Notes: a model not told the origin generated them from the letters alone. A stretch of DNA of 64,000 nucleotides from Methanomassiliicoccaceae archaeon (GCA_963728405.1 CAVSJV010000017.1:96001-160000); one strand, 5' to 3'; positions 18,689-30,945 are shown, counted from the first letter of the stretch. Made by a program: numbers and translations.

Positions 18689-20102
18689 TTAGGTCCTGAA
18701 CGCCGAACGGAACCCCCTGATCATGTCCTTGGCCGACTCCAGCAGGGGATGCCTGACCACCACGGGGGTGCTCATGGCCTCCAGCCTCTCGATGCGGAAG
18801 TACAGAGGGGGGTGGGTGTCCCAACGCAGCCAGCTGGATAGCTTGGACGCTTTCTCCACCTCCAGCCTCTGGGCCCCGATCTTGCGGAGCGATTCGGCCA
18901 GCACCTTAGGTTTTCCGATGATCATGACCGATAGGAGGTCGGCGCGGGCCTCGAAGAACTTGGCGACGAAAAAGATCGCGAACATGACGATGATAAGATA
19001 CAGGATCGGTGAGAACAGGAAAAGAGGGAAGAGCACAGTAACGCGAAGCAGGAACTCCCCGGACACAATGCCGAATAGGAAGAGGGGGTCCCGGCCCTTC
19101 AGATGGCCCAGCTCATGGCCGATCACGCTGACCAGTTCTTCCTCGTCCAGCGCGGTCAATATGCCCCCGGTGAGCAGGAGCACCCCCCGCCGGAAGCTCA
19201 CCCCGCTGGCCGCGGCATTAGGGGCCAGGCTGTTAGATATGATGATCTTGGGCAGGGGTGCATGGAACGGTTCGGCCGCCTTCTTGACCAGATCGAACAC
19301 GTTGATCTCCTTGACCTTGATATTCTCCTCTGAACAGAAGATGCCGAAGCTCAGGAGCGCCTCTCCGATGACCGGACAGCTAGGTTCCCTCCCCTGGGCG
19401 AAGGCCGATCTCGAAGACCGCCTGTTTCAACAGGGCCAGGTCGACCTTCTTCGCCTTGATGTCGTCCACCACGTTCCGGTCCACTTTGATTGTCAACAGG
19501 TAGACCTGGGGGCTGGCCGAGGTGATGGTCCATTTGCCCAGAGCCCCGAACAGTACGTCAGCGAAGATGATGAGCATCAGCTGCACCAGGAGGATGAACA
19601 GGACCGCGATGAGGCCTATGAGGATGAACAGGATGATGTTGAAGGCGAACAGCAGGATGTTCAACAGGAGGAGCGAACGGGAGAACAGCCGGCCGAACGA
19701 ACGCCTCATGACCGACGGCATCTCCTCCGGGACGATCCGCTCACCTTTGACCCATATCAGAGTGATGCTCGCTTTCTCAAGGTCCTTCTCGATGCTTCGG
19801 ACCACCGCCAGAAGGTCATCGTACAGCCACCGCACTGCCCCCTCCGGAACGCCCTCGGGACGCTCGGTCCGGACCTGGAGCCCCTGTTCGGCCCATACTT
19901 CCACCTCTAGCCGCCACCCGTCTGGGGGGCCTATAAATGTGAAAGCGACCGCGGCCTTACCCCCTACGACCCCCCGCCGGATGTTCTGGAACCTCTCGGG
20001 ATGCAGAAGTAGATGATACTTGCGGACCTGCTCGAGCAGTTCGTTCAGCTGCTCGGGCCGCAGTGCCGATTCTACGGAGAAGGAGGAGTTCTCGTTCATC
20101 AC
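18689..20102 (-). CDS. M48 (HtpX-like) membrane metalloprotease with N-terminal extension (frameshift near 19405)
   Basis: PNAAA, HELGH, EARAD, THPPLYFRI; the two track ORFs join by removing one base. Confidence 0.85.
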
Positions 20103-20234
20103 CCTAATAGCACATCAAAGCCTAGAAAGCCGTAACGGTCCTGACCGGGCCGCCTCGGACCGATTTTCGCCCATCGATAGCTCACAAGGAATGTATGAAC
20201 GGTCCAATCAGAGAAAAAGAAAGGGGCTTTGGGC

Positions 20235-20490
20235 TCAGGTCGTGAGCATGTCCTTCAGGTCCCGGTCCACATCCCCGATAGCCTTCCACCCGAACTTGTC
20301 CTGGATCAGCTTCCAGTTGTTGGGCGTGATGAACGCCGAGTGGGTGGGCCGACCCGCACGTTCCTGATCCCGAGAGCAAGGAGAGCGAGGACGATGGCCC
20401 CCGCCTCCTGCTCGAACCAGGAGAGCACGACGCGCGGTGGGAGGCTCGTTCACATCGATCTCAAAGGCCTTGGCCAGCAACCTGAAGGTC
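20235..20490 (-). pseudogene. hcp: C-terminal remnant of hydroxylamine reductase (hybrid cluster protein)
   Basis: Across frames: [45 protein letters not shown], matching the Hcp C-terminus (LSWYEQKA...GPTLPAF). Confidence 0.75.
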
Positions 20491-20574
20491 TCTTGCGCCA
20501 TCTCAACCGTCCTGGGCGATCATCTCGTTCGAGACCTCTTCTTCCGCCCAGGGGCCCGTCCGTGGATGGTGATG

Positions 20575-20760
20575 GGGTGGCCTCGAGATATGGTATCGAT
20601 AGTGTGGTGGTGAAGCCCATCAGGACCTTATACTTCTACAGGAGCTGTATGCGACGGTGCACCGCTTGCATCGACATCTCCAGATGGTGGCCAGCTCCAG
20701 GTGGGTCGCCCGAGGACCATGTACCAGCAACTGGGCCAGGTGGAGGTCCTGCTCATCCAT
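20575..20760 (-). pseudogene. N-terminal remnant of an Lrp/AsnC-type regulator
   Basis: MDEQDLHLAQLLVHGPRATHLELA/HLEMSMQAVHRRIQLL*KYKVLMGF; frameshift plus TAG at 20636. Confidence 0.65.
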
Positions 20761-20819
20761 GGTCACCCCCATCTTCCTTGACGAATTAGATTGCTCCCCT
20801 ACGGACATCCGTCCGGGAA

Positions 20820-21488
20820 TCATCGTCCCCGGCGCCCCGACGAGAAGGTGAAGGTGCCTCCACAATCTCCGTTCCTCGCCACGAAACCATCCTCCTGACG
20901 AGAGAAGTGGATACCTTCCAGATATTCGATCCATCCGGCCTCCTCATACCTTACGCCCAGCAGCTCTTCCCTGAGGAGCACGATCTCCCAATCATGGGAT
21001 ACGTGGATGTCCAACCGATCCGCTTCAGTCATTTCGAGCATCCGCTGCAGGATGGGGGCCAGAACCATGTCCGCGGCCTCCGGTGTAGGTTTGATCCATT
21101 CTGCTTCGAACTGTCCGATGAACCAGGAGCGCATGAAACCATAGCCCTGGCGCTCCGCCTCCTTCAGCACCCGGTTGTCCTTGAAGTAGGGCGCGCAAAG
21201 GTCCCAGGTCTCCATGGTCCCCCCGACCGTTCCGCCCCGACCAGAGAAACCCTGGGCAATGGCCTCGGCGGTCTCCCGGCAACGGACCGCCGGGCTGTGG
21301 AACAGGCGGATCTGTTCGAATCCTTCGATGGCCCTTCCCATTTCGAACGCGTCCCGTTTTCCTTTTTCCGTTAGTCCGATCCCCAGGCTCTCGCTGATGC
21401 TGGGCACTTGGAACCTTTCGGCATGACGCACGATGAGCGCTTGAGAGCCTTTTCCCATGCGGAGCTTTGAGATGTCGATCATTACCAT
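20820..21488 (-). CDS. Histidine phosphatase superfamily protein
   Basis: IVRHAER, LTEKG, HSPAVRCRETA, VSHD. Confidence 0.88.
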   Translation of the reverse strand: MVMIDISKLRMGKGSQALIVRHAERFQVPSISESLGIGLTEKGKRDAFEMGRAIEGFEQIRLFHSPAVRCRETAEAIAQGFSGRGGTVGGTMETWDLCAPYFKDNRVLKEAERQGYGFMRSWFIGQFEAEWIKPTPEAADMVLAPILQRMLEMTEADRLDIHVSHDWEIVLLREELLGVRYEEAGWIEYLEGIHFSRQEDGFVARNGDCGGTFTFSSGRRGR

Positions 21489-21833
21489 ACTTCATGCCCC
21501 CTGATAAACCCCAGAACGCCCCTCGCAGGACGTTCCCGACCTTTAGGCTTTGCTCGAACGACGATCGGCCCTGGCCATACGAATCACCTCCGTCCGAGAG
21601 GGTCGGGAATGAAAAGTGCAGATCTGTGAGCATGTTCAGGATGGGGGCCCTCACACTAAGTAGCGCAGGAAAGATGGCGCTGATCGAACTGGATGATACC
21701 CCCTGACTGGTTCCACGAGCATAGCGAATAATTGTGCCTGGTGCAGCGTTTTTATAGCCTTCAGTACATCTATGCCCATCGAAGGCTGCGCCATCACGAT
21801 CGTTCGCGCACCTTGATCAAGGATTGTGAGCAG

Positions 21834-22589
21834 GTGTTGAAGAGGATCGGTTGGTTCACGACGGCGAGGGGGCCAGGCTCGTATAATCTGTTTTCCACCA
21901 TGATGGACAGATTGCATAAGGGCGAGATCGACGCCCAACTGTCGTTCGTTTTCATCAACCGTGACGTCAAAGGTAACGAATATCGTAAGAAGATCATCAA
22001 GATGGCCGAGGATGACGGGATCCCGGTCATCTTGTTCCCTTCGGATACCTTCATGCCAGAGCTTAAGGAGAAGAGCATGGTCGAATGGAGGGACGCCTAT
22101 GGGAGAGGAGTTCGAGAGCGGATCTCGAAATACCCTATGGACCTGGGTGTTCTCGCCGGCTATATGCTCATCATCGATCCACAAACCTGCCGAGAGCACG
22201 ACCTGATAAACCTACACCCGGCCTTGCCGGAGACGTATAAGGGAACGTGGGAGGAGGTCGTCGGTAAGGTCGTGGAGAATAACGATAGAGCCTACGGCGC
22301 TACGGTCCATGTGTGCAGCCCAGAGCTGGACCGGGGGGCGATCATCGCCTTCGATTCGTTCGAGGTCGACCCTCTGAGACCACAGTTTCCGACCAAAGAG
22401 GAACTGGTCAAAGGTATAAGGGGCGAGGAGGTCAGGAGGGAAGCGCCCCTTCTGATGGAGACGATCAGGATGATCGTGGACGGGGAGGTCACCTTGAAGG
22501 CCGGCCAGGTCTTCGACCGGCAAGGTCGCCGATTGAGGGACTATCCCAACCTGGCCGAAAGGGTCACCACAGTGCTGAACGGGAAATGA
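21834..22589 (+). CDS. PurN-like formyltransferase
   Basis: LAGYMLI, INLHPALP, GATVH..LDRG formyltransferase motifs. Confidence 0.8.
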   Translation: MLKRIGWFTTARGPGSYNLFSTMMDRLHKGEIDAQLSFVFINRDVKGNEYRKKIIKMAEDDGIPVILFPSDTFMPELKEKSMVEWRDAYGRGVRERISKYPMDLGVLAGYMLIIDPQTCREHDLINLHPALPETYKGTWEEVVGKVVENNDRAYGATVHVCSPELDRGAIIAFDSFEVDPLRPQFPTKEELVKGIRGEEVRREAPLLMETIRMIVDGEVTLKAGQVFDRQGRRLRDYPNLAERVTTVLNGK

Positions 22590-22741
22590 CGATGGTGCCG
22601 CCCTATCAAGAGAATCGGGGCACCACGCAGAAAAAGCACTTGTATTTCGCATCCTTCGTTGCTGAGAATTTCGTTCTAGGTCCTATAGCACTTTATATAC
22701 ATCATCTCCGTTTCATGCCGTTTATTCTAAGGTGACCTGGC

Positions 22742-24458
<1,717 letters not shown>

Positions 24459-24715
24459 GGTCGACCAGGGTCACCCATTTTAGAACCACGGAACTGTAGT
24501 TCATCGCATGGTTGAAGCGCTGTCGATCCCTAAGGGCCACTCAGCCTTGGCAGTCATCACCTTCAGAAAGGCATCGCCCCCGATCCTTCCCTCATCACCC
24601 CCTAGGGGACGAGGGGCTCGACCAAATCGCCGGATACGACGCCGCTAGAAGTCTATCGAGAATCTATATTTACCATAAGGAGGCAGTATCTGCCAAGTTA
24701 GAGAGGGCATGCGAC

Positions 24716-25180
24716 ATGAAAGTGCTCGTGATTTATGATACGGTCTCACCGGCAAAGGTGACCGGAAAGGTCGCCGAAACGGTCGTGGCAGCGATGAGGG
24801 AGAAAGGGGCATCGGTGGACTCTTATTTCGTTGAGGACGCCGGTAAGGCGGACATCAAGGACTATGACTGCCTCGTTGTAGGCGCACCGACCATGGCCTG
24901 GAGGCCATCAACGAGGATGAAGGCTTTCCTGGCCACCCTGAAGGGAACAGACTATTCTGGTAAGCTGGCGGCATCCTTCGATACCCAGACAAAAACTGCC
25001 ATCAGCGGAAACGCCACCAAGCACATGGACAAGGGGCTGACCGAGCTTGGGTTCAAGATCGCCTCGCCCGCACTGACATCTTACGTGGAGAGCGAGAACA
25101 AGGCGTACAGGCTGAAGGAAGGGGAGCTGGAGAAGGCCAAGGCATGGGGTCAGGAGCTCGTCAAGAAGTCATCGAAGTGA
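24716..25180 (+). CDS. Flavodoxin-like protein
   Basis: KVLVIYDT...VVGAPT...ASFDT...AKAWG. Confidence 0.85.
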   Translation: MKVLVIYDTVSPAKVTGKVAETVVAAMREKGASVDSYFVEDAGKADIKDYDCLVVGAPTMAWRPSTRMKAFLATLKGTDYSGKLAASFDTQTKTAISGNATKHMDKGLTELGFKIASPALTSYVESENKAYRLKEGELEKAKAWGQELVKKSSK

Positions 25181-25281
25181 GATGGGCGGCTCGCCAAGAA
25201 AAAAATACTATCTGGATTCAGCCAGAAGAGCGGAGGTCGTTCATGGATGCAAACAATCTCCTTGACCTGAACATTATCCGG

Positions 25282-25608
25282 TCAACCCAGGATGAAGCCA
25301 ACGATCGCCCCGATGATGAAACCGACGCTCAACGGCAATACGCCGACCACCAAGGCGCCGTACGACAAGGCTACCGGGCCGTAATGCTGCACCAACTGCT
25401 GTAACTTAGGAATGTCCAAGGCGTACAGGCCGAAGTACGCCGCGACCGCAAGTACGATGACGGCGATCACCATGACCTTAAGGAGCCTGTGGGCAAGGAA
25501 GCCTACAAGAAGTCCGAGAATAAGGGGGATGACCATCACCGCCAGGGGAGGCAGCCCGACTATGCTCCCGTTGCTGATGAAATTTACTAGCTCGTCGATC
25601 AATCCCAT
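25282..25608 (-). CDS. Small membrane protein, possibly FUN14-like
   Basis: Three hydrophobic segments; LPLSVGFIIGAIVGF C-terminus. Confidence 0.6.
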   Translation of the reverse strand: MGLIDELVNFISNGSIVGLPPLAVMVIPLILGLLVGFLAHRLLKVMVIAVIVLAVAAYFGLYALDIPKLQQLVQHYGPVALSYGALVVGVLPLSVGFIIGAIVGFILG

Positions 25609-25929
25609 GCTAACGCTCCTTGATCAATCACTCACCGAGTGGAGCCTGACGCATCCTGACGAGGTGCACTGATGATGCGCTCATACCTCAATCATAATAT
25701 TGCACCCAAACCTGCTTTATAACTATCCTGACTGCCCCAACTTGTTGGCCACACTTACAAATGGACGACGGAGGGGTGCAACACCAGGATATCTTCCGGC
25801 GGCGCTGGACTAAAAATGGGAAGGGTGAGATAGGAAGTTAGCTCAAGCTATTATGAAGAACCCTCAACAACGATTGAATCCTAGAAATGTTGACGAGAAT
25901 GGATAGAAGTGCTCCCGCCGGGGAGTGCC

Positions 25930-26280
25930 TCAATAATAGCCAGGCAGCCGTTCTTTAGAATCAATTACTGTCTTTTCGATGTAAATTGAACCTTGGGCGA
26001 GGCGGGCCTTGAGGTCCTCGATCGCGTCGATCTTGATTTCCTTCCAACCATCAAGTCCGGCTCGGAGCTGGGTCTTCCCGCCCTTGCGCAGGGCATCCTT
26101 GCGCCGCTGCACGATCTCCGGCCGGGGGTCGTGGGCGCTGCAGAGCTCGCTGTCCCTGAGCGGATAGGCCCCGCAGCCGCGGCCGTCCTGGTGCACATGT
26201 TGGCACCGCCGGCGCTCCGGTCCCGAGACTGGCAGGGGGGAGGGGTCCACGAGATCCGGGGCCTTCTCAGGTTCGTTCAT
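25930..26280 (-). CDS. Phage-like Zn-knuckle protein
   Basis: C.H....G.GC.........C..HDP pattern; ATGA overlap with the upstream ORF. Confidence 0.55.
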   Translation of the reverse strand: MNEPEKAPDLVDPSPLPVSGPERRRCQHVHQDGRGCGAYPLRDSELCSAHDPRPEIVQRRKDALRKGGKTQLRAGLDGWKEIKIDAIEDLKARLAQGSIYIEKTVIDSKERLPGYY

Positions 26281-26654
26281 GGGTCCACCTTGAATTGCTT
26301 GGCTGCCTCTTCCATCAGCGTGGCCGCTTGGGCTTTGATGTCCTTGTCGTTGTCGATGAGCACGGCCAGCGGGTTCCTGTGCCCGGCCCCGATGCCCTGG
26401 ATCTCTTTGTTCAACAAGGCCCATCTCGGATCATCGTTCGGGAGGAGCCCCCGGCGCAGGTCGCTGAGCGCTATGCTCAAGAGCTTGGACGCCACGACCT
26501 TGGAACGGGGATTCTCCAGGATGGCGTACACCTGCTGCTGCTCGAGGACGGGATCCCCGGCCACGGTGCGGCCCTCGTCCAGCTGCTTCCTCATGTTCGC
26601 CTGCGCGGCCTCAAAACGTTTGATGCAGGCCGGTGGCCGATCGTTCCTGCTCAT
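26277..26654 (-). CDS. Hypothetical islet protein
   Basis: GGGAGGT RBS; overlapping operon arrangement. Confidence 0.6.
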   Translation of the reverse strand: MSRNDRPPACIKRFEAAQANMRKQLDEGRTVAGDPVLEQQQVYAILENPRSKVVASKLLSIALSDLRRGLLPNDDPRWALLNKEIQGIGAGHRNPLAVLIDNDKDIKAQAATLMEEAAKQFKVDP

Positions 26655-27186
26655 GGGTGACCATACCTCCCTTGCTGCGATACTTTGAGCGATAGCTTAT
26701 GCTGGGCTGCTCGCCGGCCACGATGTGCGGCTCGAAGCCCTCGACGATGATGTGGATCGATTCGTTATAGGGATCATTCAGTTCGCCATCCTCGGGGGCG
26801 CTTCGCAGCATCCACAGATGACGCCCGGCCTTGTAGAAGTTCGGGAAGTAGATGGCCAGATACCGAGATTCGCTGTCGTCGTACTGGTGGCCATCTATGA
26901 GCGTATAGATGCTCTTCATCCAATGCATCCCGTCCGCCCACGTCTCCCCCAGCCTGCCGTTCCAGGAACCGGTGATGGTGACGCTGAGGGTCGCCCCGTT
27001 GTCGTCGATGATCTCCTGTTTCCGAGGCCCATAGCCGGGGTTCTCCATGGCCGATAGGAGGCCGTTGAAGCTCGGCATCACCTCGTCGATCTGCCCCAGA
27101 TCGATTCCGGTGGCCAGCCCCGCTCCGTCCACCAGGATCTTACCCGAGAACGGAGAGCTCATCTGCTCACCGTCCCCAGGGAGCAT
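26611..27186 (-). CDS. Hypothetical islet protein
   Basis: Long ORF with GC3-rich codons; likely start near 27162. Confidence 0.55.
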   Translation of the reverse strand: MLPGDGEQMSSPFSGKILVDGAGLATGIDLGQIDEVMPSFNGLLSAMENPGYGPRKQEIIDDNGATLSVTITGSWNGRLGETWADGMHWMKSIYTLIDGHQYDDSESRYLAIYFPNFYKAGRHLWMLRSAPEDGELNDPYNESIHIIVEGFEPHIVAGEQPSISYRSKYRSKGGMVTHEQERSATGLHQTF

Positions 27187-27250
27187 TCCTTGGCCATTTC
27201 ATATCCATTCCTGTTCTCGATAAATTGCATCAATCTCACTCCTTCCCATC

Positions 27251-27439
27251 TCATCTGTAGGCGGGGTCGTCCGGCTTGACCAGTGGGGTCAGACCGAGCG
27301 AGCGTCTAGCATCCTCCAGCTGGCGGATCAGGTCCCGGGCGGCCGCCACGTTCGCGTTGTACTGAGCGTACTCCTTGAACAGCACCGCGTACCGCTCATC
27401 GATCGCCGTGAGCAGCCCTTCCTTGAACTGTTCCATCAT
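27251..27439 (-). CDS. Small coiled-coil hypothetical islet protein
   Basis: 62-aa helical ORF co-oriented with the islet operon. Confidence 0.45.
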   Translation of the reverse strand: MMEQFKEGLLTAIDERYAVLFKEYAQYNANVAAARDLIRQLEDARRSLGLTPLVKPDDPAYR

Positions 27440-27842
27440 GGCCGCCGCCTCCCGGTCGGTGAGCTCGTGACCTCACCGTCCGAGGAGCGAGCGCGGCCAG
27501 CCACGTCCCATGATCTCAGCCCGCCATTCTGTCGTTCTCGGTCATTGCCCCAGCCGGCCCACGTTCATGATAAGGACCCCGGACCGTGGCCCTCGACCCG
27601 ATGAAGGGACTGCTGCTGTCGGTGCTCTTGGAGCAGGAAAGAGATCCGTCAGTTAGAAAATGAGGCGCTGGGGCTGCTCGTCGACAGTGTTATAATGCAA
27701 GAGTTCTTAACAATTCGATAGGTAGGCGCGTTGTTCTATTATTTAATGAGCGTGTAAGAGATTTCATATATTCGATATAGCTGTTTATCCACAGATATAA
27801 TCGAAAGTGAGTGAGAGCTCGCTACGAAAGGGAGGTGGACAT

Positions 27843-28004
27843 ATGGCTAAGAAAATTGAACTCGGGCTGGAGCTATCCGGGAAGGATGCTAAGGAATTTC
27901 AAGATTATATGAAAAATCCGTCGTATCCACCTCGCGGTGAGCAAATGTTAAAGCGGGCTTACGAGTTATCGAAGGCTCGTGGCCGAACCGATCAGAATAA
28001 GTGA
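27843..28004 (+). CDS. Putative short antitoxin
   Basis: GGAGGTG RBS; LSGKDAKEFQDYMKNPSYP resembles the DUF1778 C-terminal region; overlaps the GNAT gene. Confidence 0.6.
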   Translation: MAKKIELGLELSGKDAKEFQDYMKNPSYPPRGEQMLKRAYELSKARGRTDQNK

Positions 28005-28596
28005 TGATACATCTGTCGATGTGTTGACAGAGTTTCACACGATCTCTGATTTTATATCCTCAGATGATGATTTGACAGGTTACCTTTTAGAGGATGCATT
28101 ATCCGAGCAAAAAACAAAAACGTCAACAACACACATATTGATCCAAAATTCTGGTAAAGTTGTTGGTTATTTTACTCTGCTCAATGATTCAATCAAACTA
28201 AAGGATCTAGAAATGGGAGACCACTTGGACGGAGTTGAATACTCCTCAGTACCGGCTTTAAAAATTGGAAGGCTGTCTACCCATAGGGATTTTGAGGGAA
28301 AAGGCTACGGCTCGAGCATGATCGAAATGGCATTCAGCTATCTTTTCAGAATTCACGATTACTCAGGATGTAGAGTAATGACGGTCGATTCAAAGAAAGG
28401 ATGTGAAGGATTCTACGAGCACTTTGGATTTAAAAGAGCATCAAAAAAGCGGGACGATTCGACTCCAATGTACATGGACGTCTCGAACATTCTTGCAATC
28501 TACTGTCGAATAAAGCATGTAGAGGGCCGGGCTACGTTTCCGTCCCAACGCCATCCCAACCACACATTGGGACGGTCCTTTCGTGATAGCCAGTAG
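27979..28596 (+). CDS. GNAT acetyltransferase, AtaT/TacT toxin-like
   Basis: VVGYFTL, PALKIGRL, EGKGYG, GCRVMTVD, FYEHFGF; low GC. Confidence 0.8.
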   Translation: MAEPIRISDDTSVDVLTEFHTISDFISSDDDLTGYLLEDALSEQKTKTSTTHILIQNSGKVVGYFTLLNDSIKLKDLEMGDHLDGVEYSSVPALKIGRLSTHRDFEGKGYGSSMIEMAFSYLFRIHDYSGCRVMTVDSKKGCEGFYEHFGFKRASKKRDDSTPMYMDVSNILAIYCRIKHVEGRATFPSQRHPNHTLGRSFRDSQ

Positions 28597-28804
28597 TCTA
28601 GTCTATCATCATCCCGACATCCCAACGAAATAGAGGGGGGATAGGTTTTGATAATCCTTTGCTCGGCGGTTCCTCTATGTTATGAGCGGTCCGATCGTAA
28701 AAGAGCCCTGGAAAGAAAGGAGAAAGGGTTTCACAGGTCAGATCCAATTTTGCCGAAAATCGACGAATTGACCTTAGAAACAAGATGACTGGATGAAAGT
28801 GAAG

Positions 28805-28879
28805 TGCTCCCGCCGGGATTTGAACCCGGGTCACGGACTCGAAAGGCCCGAATGATTGGCCGGACTACACTACGGGAGC
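28805..28879 (-). tRNA. tRNA-Glu(TTC)
   Basis: GCTCCCG acceptor stem, CGGGC-CTTTCGA-GTCCG anticodon arm, GGTTCAAATCC T-arm. Confidence 0.96.
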
Positions 28880-29092
28880 TTGTGGCAGTTCGATAAGAGA
28901 AGATATACTTAATCCTTGCCAAGGACACAGTGCGAGCGCACCCTGGTGCTAGAGACTAGTTGGTTTTTTCGCTTTTTACAATGGAGCATAATGGGAGAAT
29001 AAAGACCAAAGGCCACCCTCATCGACAGTTTTCGCTGGATCATCCATGTGGGATATCGATCGGTGACTTTCCACTAGAACGAGGGCCTCAGC

Positions 29093-30841
29093 CTACGCAG
29101 ATGAGCCCTTGCCACTTTCATCGGTCAGGAGAACACTGGTCGCACCGTTAACCGAACGGTTGGCTATTTTGGCCAGGAAACGGTACTTCCCGGCGGGGAC
29201 CCCAATCACGAACCTTACCCCCCTACCCGGTTCTCCATTCTCATAGATGGTCATGCCGCTGTGAGAGAGTATCTCCCGGCATAGGAACAGACCGAGCCCA
29301 TTATTGCGGCCGAACCCCTTGGAGAACATCTGGGGTTTCAATGCCGATGGGATGCCCGCTCCGTCGTCTGAATAGATAATATCGAGACCACCATCCGTTT
29401 CCTGGACCGCTACATGGATCTTTGAAATGATTCCGCCATGGGTCAGGGAATTGTCGAGGAGGTTGTAGAACACCCTCTCCAGCATCGGATCGGCGTATAC
29501 CTCCACTCCGCTGGTCTCCAACGTCAAGCAATCGCCTTTCAGGCCCATGCTCAACGCGAGGTTCTTGAATATCCCATTAATATCATGCCACTGGGGCATC
29601 CGCATCCCCATATCCTGATAGTCCTTGGCGAAGCTCATCTGCTTCTGAATGACCCGGGCGGCGTGCGAGCTGGCGGAGATGTGCTCCCGGACCGCACCGG
29701 GGCCGACCTTCATATCGGCCAGTATGAGGTGCCCTTCGAGTATGGTCAGCTGGTTCATGACATCATGACGAGTGATGCGGTTCATCAGCTCGAGCTTTTC
29801 CCGGGAGAGTCTGGCATCCCGCTCCGCGGCCCACTGGGCCGTAACTTCCCTAAAGGTGATGGTCCTCCCGATCGGGTGATCCCCATGGTCCAAGATAGGA
29901 AAGGTGTGGATATCGAAAAAACGGCAGGGTAGGACCTCATGAATGGCCTCACAGCGAGGGTCCATGTCCTTAGCTAGAAGGTCAATTGGGAACAAAGGAA
30001 GGGCCTCGGTCAGCTTTTTTCCATAATGGGCGTGACCGTTGCCCACGATCTCTTCCGCCGAGGGGTTCAGGAATAGGATGTTGTCCCGGTCGTCGAGGAT
30101 CATTACTGCCCCCTTCATGGTCTGCATTACCCGTTCCAACGCGATGGGGACCATGGAGAACAGCTCGAAGCCGAAGGCCCCGATGAAGAGCAGGACATCG
30201 CTGGTCAGGAAGCCGAAGACCACGAACAGGCTGCCCGGAATGGAGTACACCAGGACGTAGTTCAAGAACACCACTAGCACTCCAAGACCGCAGGCCATGC
30301 AGGTCACACCGGCCGTATAGCGATGGGTCCGTGAGACCTTGGAATAACAATGGACGAGGGCGAACATCCCTCCGAACATCAGGACCATAGCGTAACTGAC
30401 ATAGGCGTAGAAGACCGGCCCATAGATGGCGTAGAACGAACGGTAGATGTCCGGGGTCAGCGAGGTGCTCACATAGAACGCATGATGCTGGTCGTTGGTG
30501 AGCAGGGACAGGTAGAACAGAACGGCGGGCAGGAAGATGAGGGCGGCCAGTCGTCGGGTCAGCTTGACGTCCCATGCGAATTGGATGGCGAAAGTGAAGA
30601 AGAACGGGACCGCCGAGAGATAACCAATGTACTCCATGTTGTTCCAAAACAGCTTGCTTTCGAGGGCCACGGAGGATACGTCCATCAGGTACCCCCACAC
30701 TATGACCACTTCGGCCAGCATAAGCAGGGCGAACGGTTTCCTGAAATCGCGCCGGCTCCTCTTCCAGGCGATGATGGCGAGACCGCTGGAGGTGATGGTG
30801 AGGATGATGGCCATGATGGTCAGGAAGGTCTGCTCCGGCAT
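29093..30841 (-). CDS. Sensor histidine kinase (7TM + PAS + HATPase)
   Basis: About 7 TMs, PAS-like segment, ITRHDVMNQL H-box, NLLDNS, DDGAG, GLGLF. Confidence 0.9.
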   Translation of the reverse strand: MPEQTFLTIMAIILTITSSGLAIIAWKRSRRDFRKPFALLMLAEVVIVWGYLMDVSSVALESKLFWNNMEYIGYLSAVPFFFTFAIQFAWDVKLTRRLAALIFLPAVLFYLSLLTNDQHHAFYVSTSLTPDIYRSFYAIYGPVFYAYVSYAMVLMFGGMFALVHCYSKVSRTHRYTAGVTCMACGLGVLVVFLNYVLVYSIPGSLFVVFGFLTSDVLLFIGAFGFELFSMVPIALERVMQTMKGAVMILDDRDNILFLNPSAEEIVGNGHAHYGKKLTEALPLFPIDLLAKDMDPRCEAIHEVLPCRFFDIHTFPILDHGDHPIGRTITFREVTAQWAAERDARLSREKLELMNRITRHDVMNQLTILEGHLILADMKVGPGAVREHISASSHAARVIQKQMSFAKDYQDMGMRMPQWHDINGIFKNLALSMGLKGDCLTLETSGVEVYADPMLERVFYNLLDNSLTHGGIISKIHVAVQETDGGLDIIYSDDGAGIPSALKPQMFSKGFGRNNGLGLFLCREILSHSGMTIYENGEPGRGVRFVIGVPAGKYRFLAKIANRSVNGATSVLLTDESGKGSSA

Positions 30842-30945
30842 TGTGAGGGAACCTAACGAGTTGGATATTAAAATAACCGCGTCGGTATTGAAAAACGAAG
30901 ATAAGAATGCCCAAGAGCTAATAATCTGCAATATCATGTGTGACC

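Larger units (their letters stand above)
25906..28817. mobile_element. Integrase-less islet/provirus remnant at the tRNA-Glu 3' end
   Basis: 17-bp direct repeat gaagtgctcccgccggg at 25906-25922 and 28801-28817 enclosing orphan ORFs and a low-GC GNAT pair. Confidence 0.75.
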
